A stretch of 64,000 bases of DNA from Raillietiella orientalis (Eukaryota): positions 1,302,001 to 1,366,000 of the forward strand of contig JAYWIR010000037.1 in the NCBI GenBank assembly GCA_036172245.1, written 5' to 3'. The position numbers were made by a program, and so were the translations under genes. Positions within the stretch are counted from its first letter, which is position 1. Every line of letters starts with the position of its first letter. This document shows positions 11,040 to 23,799 of the stretch, one piece after another. The notes beneath the pieces are model-generated. The model searched no databases. It was not told the origin of the DNA and worked only from the letters and a program-made list of their open reading frames with translations.

Positions 11040-12150
11040 GTTGTGGCTGCAACACAGTCAGAGGCAGATATGGCCGAATCAAATGCTTATCAGACCATGG
11101 TCTACAGGCCCTCCCTGTTCTACAAGTTAAGTGGTCTATTTATAGAAAGCACTGAGCACTCCTTTGGGAGGGAGCTGCGCAATTTAAGTGGCCAGGAGGA
11201 AGAATTAAAGGCATTTAAAGCATGTGTCAGCACGTTAAGCTGATCTGCAAAGATGCAGACCTAGCACAATGCATGCTAAAGACCTCAATTACAGTGGAAG
11301 GCCGCAAGATCTTCCCCGTGACGGAGGACTTTTTCGTAGTGGCCTACCTCGAGGACATCACACTACGCATGTCTGAGAACGTGATGCATGCGGAGCTCAA
11401 AAAAATATGGCAGCGTGTACGCGCTATGGACCAAACCAAGCCCCTTCGAAGCTTTGGAAAGCTTTTTAGCAGGCTGGCCGCCACGCGCGTCACGGTGCGT
11501 GAGAACAGCAGGCTCCCCTATAACTGAAGATCGGCAACGGACTCGCCGGTCACTGGTACATGGGGAAACTCCAGTACTGTGGCCACTTTGATGTCACGGG
11601 ACGTTTGAAAAGGCGGTTTCCAAACATCCAGTGCCACCTTTGAGGAAATGAGGGACACATTAGACAAGTGTGCTTGAAAGTGAAACCGCTTGTGATACAC
11701 TTTCGAGCATACAGTGGCACAGAAATCAGGAAAGCACTCGGACTAACCAAGACCGAAATAACAAATGAAGAAAGAACAACATCAGCAGCAAAAGTCGGAA
11801 ACGCAAATTTCCGAAGTAGCTGACACTGAAGGAGACTTATAGCTGGCGGAATCCAAAAAGGAAAAACAACAAGAAAAAAACGGAGAACTTCTCCACCCGT
11901 TAAAAGAAAGCCTGCAGTGCGAAAAAATCCGAAAATGCAAGGTGGTCATCGAGTGCGTCCCGGCAATTGAAGCCGCCACAGTAGGAGGAACCGCTCCCGC
12001 CGACGGGACTCTCGAATGCGAATGCTTCCTACAAGCAGATTTGCACTTGGTGGCGCCGAGCTTTTATTTTACAAAAATAAAACAAAATGGGAACGCAACC
12101 GTGGAGATGGCGAGTTTCCTGTAAGACGACCAAGGGAAGTTCAAGGGAAG
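11040..12150 (+). mobile_element. L1/Tx1-like ORF1 (RRM-like region plus two CCHC zinc knuckles), disrupted
   Basis: VVAYLEDITLRMSENVMHAEL/KKYGSVY..., then YCGHFDVTGRLKRRFPNIQCHL*GNEGHIRQVC. The CX2CX4HX4C knuckle at 11632-11673 has its second Cys mutated to TGA. Confidence 0.7.
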
Positions 12151-12169
12151 GATTCATCGACATGCTCGA

Positions 12170-13130
12170 CCGGTTTCCTGAACGTCCGGAGAGGGGGAAG
12201 TTTGGGTTAGGAAACATAAACGAATTGGAGGGCAGAGGTAGGGTCTTCGGCTTTTCCCGTTCCTTCATGAAGCACCGGGGAAGGATCCGGAAGGGATGGG
12301 AGTGGACAGTGAATAATTATATGAAAAGCAAAAACGGATTATGAAAGGCGGAGCAGGGGTCAGCGGCAATGTCCGTTCCTTCCTTTCAGAAGCGGCACAG
12401 GATATCCGCGATCTTCTCCTTACCTTCCAGGTCTAGGTGGAGCCACCTGGCAGCTATCCTCTTATAGACAGATGAGATGCTTGCTGCCTCCGTTCACTGC
12501 GCCCAAGACTCCATCAAATGGCAGGCCGTAACGAAGACACGGATGCAACGTGTCGTCGCAATCACAGCACTTATCGTGGCTACACCTGCCTCCAAGAATC
12601 ATCGAAACAAGTCCCTCACAGTGTCTCCGGTTAGCAGGAGTGCTTAGTTGAGCCTCCACCAAATTTCCTGAAGGGCACTGCAGTCTAACAAGAGGTTCAG
12701 GAACGATTCAGTCGCTCCGCACCTCGAACAGCTCGGGGTCACGACGCCTCGGAAATCTGGTTCCTACTCTGGCTGCACTGGAAACCCTAATGCAAAAACA
12801 GAAGAATGTCCTGTTTCCACTTCAGTGGAAACACGGAAGAGTTTGTGCACAGAAGAGGGACAACAAGTTCGTCGGTAGCCACTGTGAGCAGCTCGCTCCA
12901 TCGAAGCAGTCCCTTCACCCTATGAAGTGGAGAGGCGACTCGCCTTCCAGCCTTCCAGGAGTTTCGTTCTTCCTGCAGTGGTGCAGGACAACTTCCACCT
13001 CTCCTGTAGGCAGCTGTCGTCATTTACCCTTATGGCAGAAAGAGCTGCGAAAAGAGGAGTTGCGGCCAGACGGGTACTCCTGTTTGCGTCTTGCAGGACA
13101 TCTTCCAACGGGCGGTTTATTACTAGGATT
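12170..13130 (-). mobile_element. L1/Tx1-like LINE 3' portion (diverged subfamily)
   Basis: GLLRWSELL...PLKWKQDILLFLH, RCGATESFLNLLLDCSALQEIW and RIAARWLHL, followed by a pyrimidine-rich UTR. Confidence 0.75.
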
Positions 13131-14230
13131 CGCCAGGGCATTTATTTTTGAAATTCTATAAATAAAATTTTATAATAAAGTCGAAAATGTTTTTCAATCG
13201 TGGTAGAACACTTGGTTCTACCACGCGCGGAGGAGTTGCCAAAAACCGGTACGCAGACAGATGAGGTCAGCACCAACGGCGAAGTGGAAGGGAAAACCAA
13301 AGAAAAATAAACAAAAAAAAAATTGCTAAAAAGGGGAGGAGAGGGCAGGGAAGGGATCACTGATCTCCTGGATTCGTCTGCTGCATCCTGCTCAGAATGC
13401 TGACAAATGCTGCGTCCGAATTACCGAGATGGGGTCATCTTGATACGCAGTCTTCAAAAAGATCGTCGTCCAGTGGATGGCATCCCTACCATTTTCTCCT
13501 CTCATTTTGGCGTTCGAGCATGCCATGATTCCACGTACACAGCAGAGAACTGTTGCGGACGCGGCCGGCTACAGATCAGTACGTCGAATGAAGCTTCGAG
13601 AAAGTACTCCCTCCTGATTTCCTAGGATCGTCAAGAAGTGATTCCAAAGGGATCGAAGGGTGGGGCAGTCCAAGAATAAGTGCGGGAAGGTCTTCCTTTC
13701 GCCGCACTCCGCACAATGGACATTCACACTAACCTGTGCCCAATGAGAGAGGCGTGCTCTGCATGGGATTCCCCAATGAAACAACAGTAACGCCATGTCT
13801 TGCCATTTCAGGGGGAGGGTGCCACTGTCTCAACACGCTGGGGGGCACTTCACCTCCTCCGGAGGGATTCTGAGCAGCTCGCCTCAGAGCAGAATCCCTT
13901 TAAGCGGGACGCTCGGCGTCACAGCGTCCGCTAGCTGCCGACTTGTCCACGCCTTCACAAGATGTTCCCGCCTCTGATAAGGCAGAACACTTTCCACATT
14001 GCCTGTTGGTAGCTCTCACAGCAGCCTGCATGAGTTGGTCACGATCTCCTGCCGGGGCTGTCGAGCGTTCCTTCCTCTCCTGAGGCAGACGTATTCCGCC
14101 TCGTTCGAGCCATGAATCTTTCCTCATGAGGAAACTACTAAAGCGAGGTAGTGCAGTTGGCAAGGAGGCAGGAGATCCAGTTTTCCTAAACCAGGGCAAC
14201 CATCTGAGGCAGCTGATGACCATAATGTCA
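13125..14230 (-). mobile_element. 5'-truncated L1/Tx1-like LINE with complete 3' UTR
   Basis: ALLLFHWGIPCRARLSHWAQVSVNVHCAECGERKTFPHLFLDCPTLRSLW. The UTR starts TGATCCCTTCCC, has a hairpin at 13199-13225, and AATAAA at ~13141-13146 (minus). Confidence 0.85.
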
Positions 14231-14329
14231 CAGGTTGCGGTCGCATGCTACAAGGATCGAAGTCAATCCTCAGTCAATCCTCCTCCTACTGGCGAGGAGG
14301 CGTGCTGGTTCGCACCATGGCGCTGTTCA

Positions 14330-15650
14330 CGACCTCACCGCAAGGGCGAGGCTTCGAAGTTGGAACTGTTGCTTCATGAGCTCCAGGGTAAGGAGGTCCA
14401 GTCCACGTCCTTGCGTGGAGCGCACAAGTCATTTAAACGGACAGTGGACTTCTCTGTGCCCCACAGGGCTTTCTTTACGAGGCTCTCGGTCCTTTACTTG
14501 ATGTCGGGTGGGGCAGGGAGAACAAAAAGTAGGGGGCAAAGTAGGAGGACCGCGAACGAGTTCCACGCCGCGGTCCGTTCCTGCAAGTAGAACTTGCCGT
14601 TCCGTAACGGGCCGAGCACCATCTCTACTTTTTGGAGACGATCGGACTAGGCTGCTGCTGCGCAGAGTCCCTCAAACAGAGCGCCAAGGTACTTGAAGTA
14701 CCCGCAAGTTGAGATCCCCATGTGGATCAAGTCCGACCGTCCTGCACACGCCGAGACCCGATCGGTGAGATAATCATCGCTTTCAAGAAGCTCAGGAGGC
14801 GGAAAGCAGAGAAAAGCACCAGGGGAGGACGGCCTGCCTGAAGAGTTTTGCCAGTACCTTGCAGCAGAGCTCACTCTTCTGATGCATAAGTTAATTTTCC
14901 TTACCTGGAATGCAGAAGATGTTTCCTCTCCATTCAGATCAGCAAGAGTACGTATCTCCTCCCTAAAGGAGCAGACCTGAGGAAAAGCAGCTGACGTCTG
15001 ATCACCGTGTTGAACGCGGACGCCGACTTGCTGGCGAAACTGAAGCAATTGGGACGGACGGCGTAATACGCAATTAGCCCGAAGCAGACCTACGCTGTTC
15101 CCGGGAGAAGTGTGGATGTCAACCTGTTCTTGGCCGGCACATGGTTTGAGTCACAAAGAGTAGGTAAGGAGATGAAAGGAATTGTCGGCAACCCGAATCT
15201 TGAGGCTCCTGCTGGGCAGGGAAGGAAAACCAGCCGCAGCACTGGCAGCTCTTTGCTACATCTGCGGAGCAATACACAAAGAGGACCATACGAGAGGGAC
15301 GCCATCGAGCATCGCTTTCTACGGATAGCAGCAAGATGGCCCCACCTGGGTGTAATCAAGACCGACCTAGCCAGCAACTTGGAAAGGATGCAGAGGACGC
15401 CCTTCAGCGGACAATGACCCCTTATCAGCCCTCCATTTTTTTCTCGTGTGTGTGTTTTTATTTCATGAACTTTTATATTTCTTTTTGCTTTCCCCTCCCC
15501 TCCGCTACGAAGTGAACCTCGCCGGTCTGAGACCGGCAGCCCGGAAGGTCCATGGACAAAGTAAGTGTGGTAGGACCACGTGTTCCACCACTATCTGTAA
15601 GTCTATTTTGAATTTTAATAAGCTCCCTGGCATGTTCGGGTGAAACCACG
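14330..15650 (+). mobile_element. L1/Tx1-like LINE: endonuclease-RT linker and RT start joined directly to the C-terminus and 3' UTR
   Basis: KAPGEDGLPEEF (~14815), ITVLNADADLLAKL and ISPKQTYAVPGR, then a jump (~15215) to RFLRIAARWPHLG. UTR hairpin at 15567-15591. Confidence 0.8.
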
Positions 15651-15659
15651 GCGAGAGGT

Positions 15660-17400
15660 TCATCCAGATCTCCCTACCAAGCATAAGAGGAATAAGCTAC
15701 TTTCTCTGGAGCCTTCCTGGACTCACGACCCCGTACGGACTATCCCCTAACTTGGGTCTTCAGCTGCCAGAGAAGAGGGACAGCATTTGAACGCAACGTG
15801 GGTAGCAGATTCCAGGTTGAGGTGATCGCACACATCTTTCTGTCCATTGTGTGGGTTATGCTCCACGCTTTTCTGTTACAACGAAACAAAGTGATGACGT
15901 GATGGTAGGGTGGCGAGGCGAAGATTTTCCGATAGCATAGGAAAAGCAGTTGACGTTGGATTCTAAGAGTCATCCCGTGCCGCACATTCGAAATGCGCTG
16001 ACTTCTCCTCAGGCTTACGATCAATCCTCCTGCTGGAATACGGCTGGTGTAAGTTACCAATCCTCGTTACTCATTTGCTTAAGAAGACAAGCACGCAAGA
16101 CTCCTGGGTGTAGCTGCAAACTGCATTCCGGAAGCACTGATTCAAAGAAATCCCTCACTTTGTAGTGTGTCATCCTGTAGGACTTTTTATTTTGAATGTC
16201 GCTTGTCAGCATCGCTTAATTTGGCAGCCGAAACTTTGAAATAGCCAAACTCATAGTTCATGGGTCAGAGTGATTCGGAAGAAGTTTGAAAAGCGGCGAG
16301 TCCATTTTGAATCATTGAAATCCAAGCACGTGACCAGAATTTTCTAAGAATGGAGAATCTTTCCTTTCCTGGATGCCATGGGATCACGCACCCGGCATCG
16401 TTTGATTCCGAAGCACAGCCAGTGGCTTCAACTTTCAACACCTATCTTTGGGTTGGAAAGTGCCACAATCTTGCAAACATTAGAGAACAATACTGTTCTT
16501 CAAATCATCTCCTCTTTAGCTGAGGTGTCCGCATAGAGAGCGATTCTACAGGCTATGACATCTGGCGACTGTACACGACGTGTCTTTGCTGAAGGTTCCA
16601 GAAATGGCTCATCGTCGTAAAGTCATCTCTCCTCAAGAAAAGCGCACCTTCCCCTTAGATGGGCAGCTGGAACTGAATCTTGTTTTGCAGCCAAGACTGA
16701 TACAAAACAAGGGCCCCTCCGAAGAATTCCTTGGCCTCCATCGCGCTTGCAGAAGATGCCTTCTGAGAGGTCCTGCGTAAGACTTCGTCTCGACCCCTTA
16801 TGGAAAAGTGTGAAGCAGGCATGTTCTTCGATTCAACAATACGGGGATCTGTATACTGAAACGTACACTTTGGTTTGGATGGACTCACACGGCACTCTTG
16901 TCCTGAGGGTGGAGACCGACGTGTTCCTCCAGTGTCAACAATGCTGCAGTCACCATACCAAACGCCTTCAGCCGACCTGCCTGGGAAGGGTCCGCGTGTC
17001 TTCTAAGCGGTTCCTTCTTGCTGACTCGTTTGTTTTGAGGATTCCCAGCAAGACTGTCATGGCCATTTCGCTGGAAGCAACGGCTGTTGCCCCAAAGACT
17101 TATTTTTTCATGCAACCGATACCTCCAGACCTCGAGTTTTTTTAAACAAACATAGGAATTGCATGTGCACGAATTCATGATCGTTTCCCAGATGGATTGA
17201 AGCATTTTGCGCGACTCTCAAAACCTTCATGTGCTGCTGGAAGCATAACGTGGGAGTGCTTATGAAATTGTCTTCAGTCTCACTTTTGACTACAGCGTGA
17301 AAATTTGTTCTGTAATTTTCGAGCTTTCGAAAGTTCAAAGTCATAGATATTCTGCATGCTTATTATAATAAGTAATTATCCAACGAAAGTCTTCATTGGG
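15660..17400 (-). mobile_element. Ty1/copia pol remnant (post-protease, integrase, start of RT)
   Basis: In copia order on the minus strand: DNFISTPTL, LEVWRYRLH (cf. LWH.RLGH), KLKPLA...GHVLGF (cf. KLDPRA...SRDV.F), and AWSITHTMDRKMCAITSTWNLLPTLRSNAVPLLWQLKTQ (cf. W..AM..E..N.TW.LV...W..K.K). Confidence 0.65.
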
Positions 17401-17899
17401 GACTAAAGATTGCTGAGATCGTGCAGAAGAATTCACTTGTTTTGAGTCGAGTGAGTCTTAGCAAATATTCGATGAACAGCAGATGCTCATCTTGAGAAGC
17501 GATTTCCTGAAGACTCTGTATTTCGCACCCTGAGACGCAAGGCAATCGAAGCTTTGCAAGCTCCTCAGCATTTGTTGAACGCATACGGCTCTTCTTCTGA
17601 TGCTTGCTTTGAACCACGAGCCCATACTATTCAGAATTAAAAATAATACATGTAATTAAAGTAAATACAGCTGTTGGCCATGCACTGGCGTGCATAGTAT
17701 CCGAATTTCAGCCTAGCTGCTCTGTGAAACAGCACATCCTCATCTCACGTGAGCCACTTCATCAAGTGATCGTGTCAAAGTATAGAATGTTCACAAGAGT
17801 GTGCCTGTCGCTGCTAGCAATGCTGCCGTCTCTATTCAAGCAAGATCTCCTAAATTTATCCAAAGAATAAATCTCTGGTGTTCTTGACTGCAGCCTGAA

Positions 17900-18650
17900 A
17901 CCATTAGCATTTAACAAAAAACTGCTATTCTCGGTGATATACGACGATGTAATTTCAAAATTCCTTGGAAATCACTTAATTCTGCTATGTTATTTCAAAT
18001 TTCCCCATTTTATGTCCTCGTGCCATTATGTTAGTTCAGCCACACGCACATAGGTCTCGGCACAATGAGGAAAACTGAATTTCAAATGAGATCCAGAGTT
18101 CCTACTTTGTACTCACAGCACTGATCCCTGTAGCTGCACTGAGGTTCCTGGAGAGCTGTGTGCACGAAAGTCACTCTGCAAAGCATCCAAGATGCACACA
18201 GACTAAAATGGGTCGTTTGATGGCCATCGATTCCTTATTCCCGCGCGATAAACATCCGTGGGTCTGTGCTGAGCGATCGCTGCAAATAAATCGGAGAAGG
18301 ACATTCAAATTTGAAGGGTTCATCTCACGACGGTTGCAACCAAAGCTGCGACAGCGTATCCTGTTTGGGATTGTCCTGATACGGAAGCGTCATGGCCAAA
18401 CTGATATGCATCCCGTGGATCTCTCAGCTGGGAAACAACACCATGGACTATTGCAAGAAAAAGAATGAATTGCTGAAAAATCACAGCAACAAATGCAGGA
18501 AGGTTCCTCAATACACGCTTTACGCGTTCCCCGTGCATTTTGGAATCACTATGAGTCGAAACAGAAACGTGCAAATGTACCTTCTAAAATGCCATCCCGA
18601 TGTATGACAAATTTAAGCGGGATGATGTGATGTGGGACCGTGCTACATCT
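17900..18650 (+). mobile_element. Possible pogo/Tigger (DDE_1) transposase remnant
   Basis: KMGRLMAIDSL and GIVLIRKRHGQTDMHPVDLSAGK resemble NGWM and I.L..IP.G.T..LQP.D..V.K. Confidence 0.35.
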
Positions 18651-20049
18651 TCATACATTGCAGACGTAATAAATTTCATATGCACTCCAGTATTTGCACA
18701 ATATTAAACAAAGACATGATATTTCAAAATCTAAAACTGATCATGAAATGTTTATTTGAGTAAGTATTTTCCAATCCTCTCATCAACCGCGGGAAGCAGA
18801 AGACATCGCGGTCAGTATTCAATGTTTTCACAGAGACAGCTGTTTACCCCTTTGGTGCGAACGGCACTACAGAGCTCTCAACAAACATCGTTAATGATTT
18901 TGTCAGAGTGGTTCCATCATTTGATAGCATCCAACGTAGCACACAGATCGTCTGGGCTAAATGACATCCAAAGCACAAGTAAGAAAAATGTGGGAAATGT
19001 ACATTCAAGGAATCTATGAAGGAAGGACTTGGGATCGGAAACTGCGAGTGCAGTTCGTTTCTTGTGCCGTCGTGCGGCGTTTCGGATGCACTCGTGGAGT
19101 GTGAAAACTGCTTGTCGATGCGGAAAGTGACGGACAGCTCGTTCCACGGTCACACAACATCGAGTTGGGTAAGAGAACGTACTCGTCAGGAGTGCATTTC
19201 TTTTTCCCCTTTTTTCTTTTTTCCTTTTTTTTACCCTGGATGAGAATCTGAGAATTCCACAGTTGCTAGAAGCAACGTTCACATCAGTCATGCAACGCAA
19301 AGCGATGGAAGTTTCAACCAAGCAGCAGCGAAATTTCAGCTGCTCGCACGGAATGATTTCCACCATGAATATTTCCATTGAATCAAGGATCTATAAAGGT
19401 CTTTCTCCCGCTTAGAAACCGGAATGCTGCGTCCTGCCAAAGAAATCTGTCTAGCATTACTTCATTATTCTTTCTTACTTTTTCTAGGCGGCTTTCTTTT
19501 CGATCTGAGCAAAAGTACTTATTGGCATATTCGATGAATAAGAGAATACATTTGTCCTTCAAAGTGCAGCTGGGAGTACACCACCCAAATGTCCTGTTTT
19601 CTACAATGACGGTCACTCTGATCAGCAATAATGGAGAGAATGATGCTGATCACGATGATGCACCATTGTGTTACAAGAAATCAGCAGCCATTCTCCCCAA
19701 ATAGGGTTTTTATTATATTAGGAAAAACGGATCCCTCTTATCCTATCTAACCAAAGCATACGCAAACAGTAAAGGTCTCTCCCAGAGCTATCCTGCAAAT
19801 GAGCTGTCATGATTTCCTGAAGAATTTTTCACCTGGCTATGCCGGGGCGTTTGTGAAAGGAAGAATAAACAAACAATCTGGAAAAGAAAACGAAAAAAGG
19901 AATTTCAAGGAACGGGTTCACAAAAACGCAGTGCGGAGAGGGAGGGAAGCGGACACTTCCCGAAGAGCTGGTCGCACCGATTTCATGTCGACTGATGCTA
20001 CGCCTTCCTGAGGGATGACTCGTGAAATTGTAAGGAGTCGTTGCTGTTC

Positions 20050-22300
20050 ATACAGTCAACCAGCAGCTCCCTTTGCTGGATGAAGCGACGATAGAAGCGA
20101 AAGAATACAAAATACCTTCACGGGGAACACCATATGGCTACCACACTACTGCCCACCTTTGGTTTCCGAAGAGTTTGAAAAGTGCTCAACCACCAAATGT
20201 GGAAGGGCAACCGAGAAGAGTTCCCTTCCTCAGGTGAGATCACTTCATGGCACGCGGGGTGTCTGCGTCACTGCAAGGCCGTATGAGCTGTTTCTGGGTT
20301 ATACGATCAAGAAAGCTGTCTAGATGAGGCGGAGTTTCGTGGAGGAAAGGGAGACGGAATGCAAATTCCGTTTCGCTCCATCTTCTTCGTGGGGACTGTG
20401 ATCGATAGCCAGAGTGCGACGACATCTGTTTCAAGGGCAAACACCGGCACCTTTGACTTGTCATGTCCTTACAAAACGTCAGCATAATCTTTGTGTGTTG
20501 CGTTCTTGATAGATGGCAAACCCGCTCTCCATTTGGGTTCAAAGAAAGATGCCCCAAGATGAGAATGCACCGAGACATGGCATTTGGAAATCCGCATGAA
20601 AGAACCAAACTCGTTTTCAGATTGGTCTAAATCACATTCCCTACATCCGTGTTTTTCCGCAGCATTATGAGACTGCAGACAATAGAACTGGACTCAAAGA
20701 CGTAGTGCGATGAAGGGCTTACAGAAGAAACTTGTTGGCAGAGTAAAAGGAAAGTGCTGCAACTCAAAAGAGCCATTTGACTTGGGATCGATTATTAGCT
20801 TTTCAGCCCGTGGATGACAAAGTAAAGAGTAAGCATGTACGGATCTCAAAATAATAATAGCATTGAAAGGAAAACAGGCAGAGTTTAGTGGGCTTCAACC
20901 AGAGTACTGAAGATTGTTTTTACAAAAGCGGATCTTCAATGCCATAAGGCAAGTAAGCATTCGTGTGCTTACTTGCCTTATGGCACTGAAGATGCAAGGC
21001 AAAGTGCACTCTTCTGACGTGCCGGTCGATTGACAGCTCTCTCGCTTTGAAGAGCTGTTTTCCATCCGAATTCATCTGAAAGCCGAATCTGCAATTTGAT
21101 CGCTCATTTTTGTGATCGCAGAGTCTCCTTAGCTTTAAAGTTTTAGAGACTTACTCAAAGCTTATGGGGAACCTGACTTTGCTCCCAATTAGCCGGTGCT
21201 TTCCATTAAAGCAAATCATAGAAGTCGAGGTCATCAAAATGCCAACTGAATAAGCAGAGAAGAAAGCATCAAAAGGAGCAAGATGTTCAAGATTTGCACG
21301 TGTTCCCACAAATTTCACTTTCAGTCGCCCATCATTATTTTGAAATACACGATTCGTGCCCGCACATCAGCAGATTCGAATCTTGCGAAAACTTCGTCCT
21401 ACCTCATGCATTTGCGGTCACAAGACATGCAGGCAAGGTCAAGGCAATGATGGATGCTTCAACCCAGGGATATGCGTCTCAGACAGCGCACACCTCGTAT
21501 GAGAGAGTACTCTGCGCGGCTTGAGGATTCTCTGGAAATTCTCGGACAAGTGGCACGAGACATTGGAAATCCAGAAACACTTGTGAGCTCTGACAGTCAA
21601 AAGAAGGAATTAATAATCAAGCGGGAATAGTTACCCACGTTTAAAATAATGCAAAGGCAAATGTCTATTCCGCAGTGCGTGTAATGCTTCCTCAGGATTT
21701 TGAGCAGTGTTCTTTTAAATGCGACGCCCATGCTGAATGGCGGTCAAACGAATCCAACGAGAAATGTTTACGATTTACCCAAGATAAACGACTAAACGAC
21801 TCAGAGAAGAGCAGTGTGTAAATCAATGGTGAACTGCCGTGGATGTCCACGTCACCCTTTTCCACAATCCCAGCGGCTCGAAATCGAGTTCACTGTGGAA
21901 TCATTCGAACCCCCTATGGGCCGCTCTGGTCCTCTGTCTCCAAAAATTCGTGCCTCCAAGAATCTAAATTTCAGACTGCTTTGCTTGCAGGAGAAGACGG
22001 TGTCACAATCCACCACAGTTACAATAGACCGGGAGTCACCTCGGCATTGTAACACTGCTTTTGCGCAGGGAACTAAGAGTGCAAATTCTTCTCCTTCCAT
22101 CTTTCATCCATGTCAGATGCATGTTTTCAATGAAGAAGCAGACGAGCACATGATGACACGTCCGAGTAGAATCCCTGATCACAGAAGCGATATTTCTCTT
22201 TCCTTCTGGCACTCCTAATTTGGTACGAATACATCTCAAATAATCGTATCCACGTTTATCGTCTTCCTCTATTACAGAACCACTATCCGTTGCAAAGCAA
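20050..22300 (-). mobile_element. BEL/Pao gag-protease region remnant
   Basis: EGEEFALLV...FLEARIFGD (~21900-22100; cf. L.GEA..LV...L..RFG). EFAFRLPFLHETPPHLDS (~20330; cf. Y.V.LPFK....L.DN). Confidence 0.4.
20932..20993. repeat. 28-bp inverted repeat with 6-nt loop
   Basis: ATCTTCAATGCCATAAGGCAAGTAAGCA-TTCGTG-TGCTTACTTGCCTTATGGCACTGAAGAT; 27 of 28 positions pair. Confidence 0.95.
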
Positions 22301-22724
22301 CTAGCAAGGAATCATGTTGATTGTGTTCTGGTCGCCCCTGAGGGAAGTTGCTTTTTTTGTACTCTCTTGAGTGCATAAAGGGCACGGTTGTAAACATCAT
22401 TCCTTTTTTCAATTTCTCATCGGACCCCACTTTCACTTTTACTCGATGTTCCGACTCTGCAGTTCGGTTTGGACCTTATAATCAAGTATCTCCTGTATCG
22501 AAATCCTGCACATTTTTTCAATGACTGGATGTTTTTCTTGCAGCCGCCAGCCTGTTTGAGGAGAAGTGGCAGAACTTGGTTTCAGACTGTCTGCGTTTAA
22601 GACGGAGAATCCGTCGCGACAAAAGGCTTGTTTTCAGCATCCCGGAACCGATGATCCCTGGTCTCATAGAACGGAGCTGTTTCATCAGCGGAGCGAACCT
22701 GATGAAGGTGAATGAAGAAAATAA

Positions 22725-22782
22725 TTAAAGAATAGGTTCGGGAGACGAGCGATGGCACTTGTCTCCCGAACCCATTCTTTAA
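22725..22782. repeat. 25-bp inverted repeat with 8-nt loop, TTAA at both ends
   Basis: TTAAAGAATAGGTTCGGGAGACGAG-CGATGGCA-CTTGTCTCCCGAACCCATTCTTTAA; one A-C mismatch and one G-T pair. Confidence 0.95.
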
Positions 22783-22935
22783 CCCACCCTTGCGCGTGAG
22801 ATATTCTAAGTTGCTAACCCTATTTTTGTTAAACTGAACTGAATTCTCAGTGGAGACTTATTTCTAATGCATTGACAATTCTCAAAACGCTACGACCATT
22901 AAGCGTAGGCATTATGGGAAGCATCGCATAATAAA

Positions 22936-22953
22936 AATAATAATAATAATAAT
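22936..22953. repeat. (AAT)n microsatellite
   Basis: AATAATAATAATAATAAT is directly visible. Confidence 0.8.
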
Positions 22954-23799
22954 ACAAAGAGAATTCAATCAAAAAATTAAGGATGCGCTTCAATGTAAGT
23001 ATGTCCCACATAGGCAATTCTTATATGAAGTAATATCCTCATACAAAAATACTTTTGCGCACATATTTGTCGCTGATTGAATTCATGATTGCCACGGCCA
23101 TTTGTTTCGTATATTTCGATTTTCGCAAATATGAAACGTCATTAACAAGTGCTTTGAAACACCTTGTTATTGACAGGCTAACAAGTAATGATATCCGTTA
23201 GAATATTGACTGAAAGGATTCACATAAGTCAGAAGCGGGAAATACAACATTCTAATTCTAAATTTTTGTCAGGTAGCACTTCTAAATTTTGTATAGGAAG
23301 CTGTCAGTGCAAGAAAAAATTTGCTACTTTCTTGAAGAATCTGAAGGAAAAGTGAGATTCTAAAAGGATTATAACCTTGTGAACTTGAAAACCTGACCTA
23401 TTTTCGGTAAAAGAAGATGACGTAGGCGACCCAAGTAGGCAGCTGACTCTCCGTAAGTAAGCATATTAGTGTTACTCACGAGATACGTCAACTTTGAGCC
23501 CGTTCCTACAAAATGGTTGTCTGCCGCTGTATCAAAAAGGTCACATCATCGACCTTAGTGCACTGCAAGTGCAAACTTGGTGTGGTAGTAGGAGAACCTG
23601 AATGCTTCGAGACAGATGCTAAACATGGTCTTCCAGCAAGAGGGACAAGATGCGCTACTGTTGAGCCAGCTGTGAGACCAAAAGAGAACTAAACATCTCA
23701 CTTGTTTGGTGCTATTTGAATCTTTCCATTACACTAATAATAGGCTTTTTTTTGCCTCTAGGCGTTGTGACGGCCTATTTCACTGTCTCTGCAGAATCT

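Noticed and set aside
22699..22722. Hammerhead ribozyme (CTGATGA...GAAA)
   Set aside because: No stem II between CTGATGA and GAAA, and no convincing stem III or cleavage triplet.
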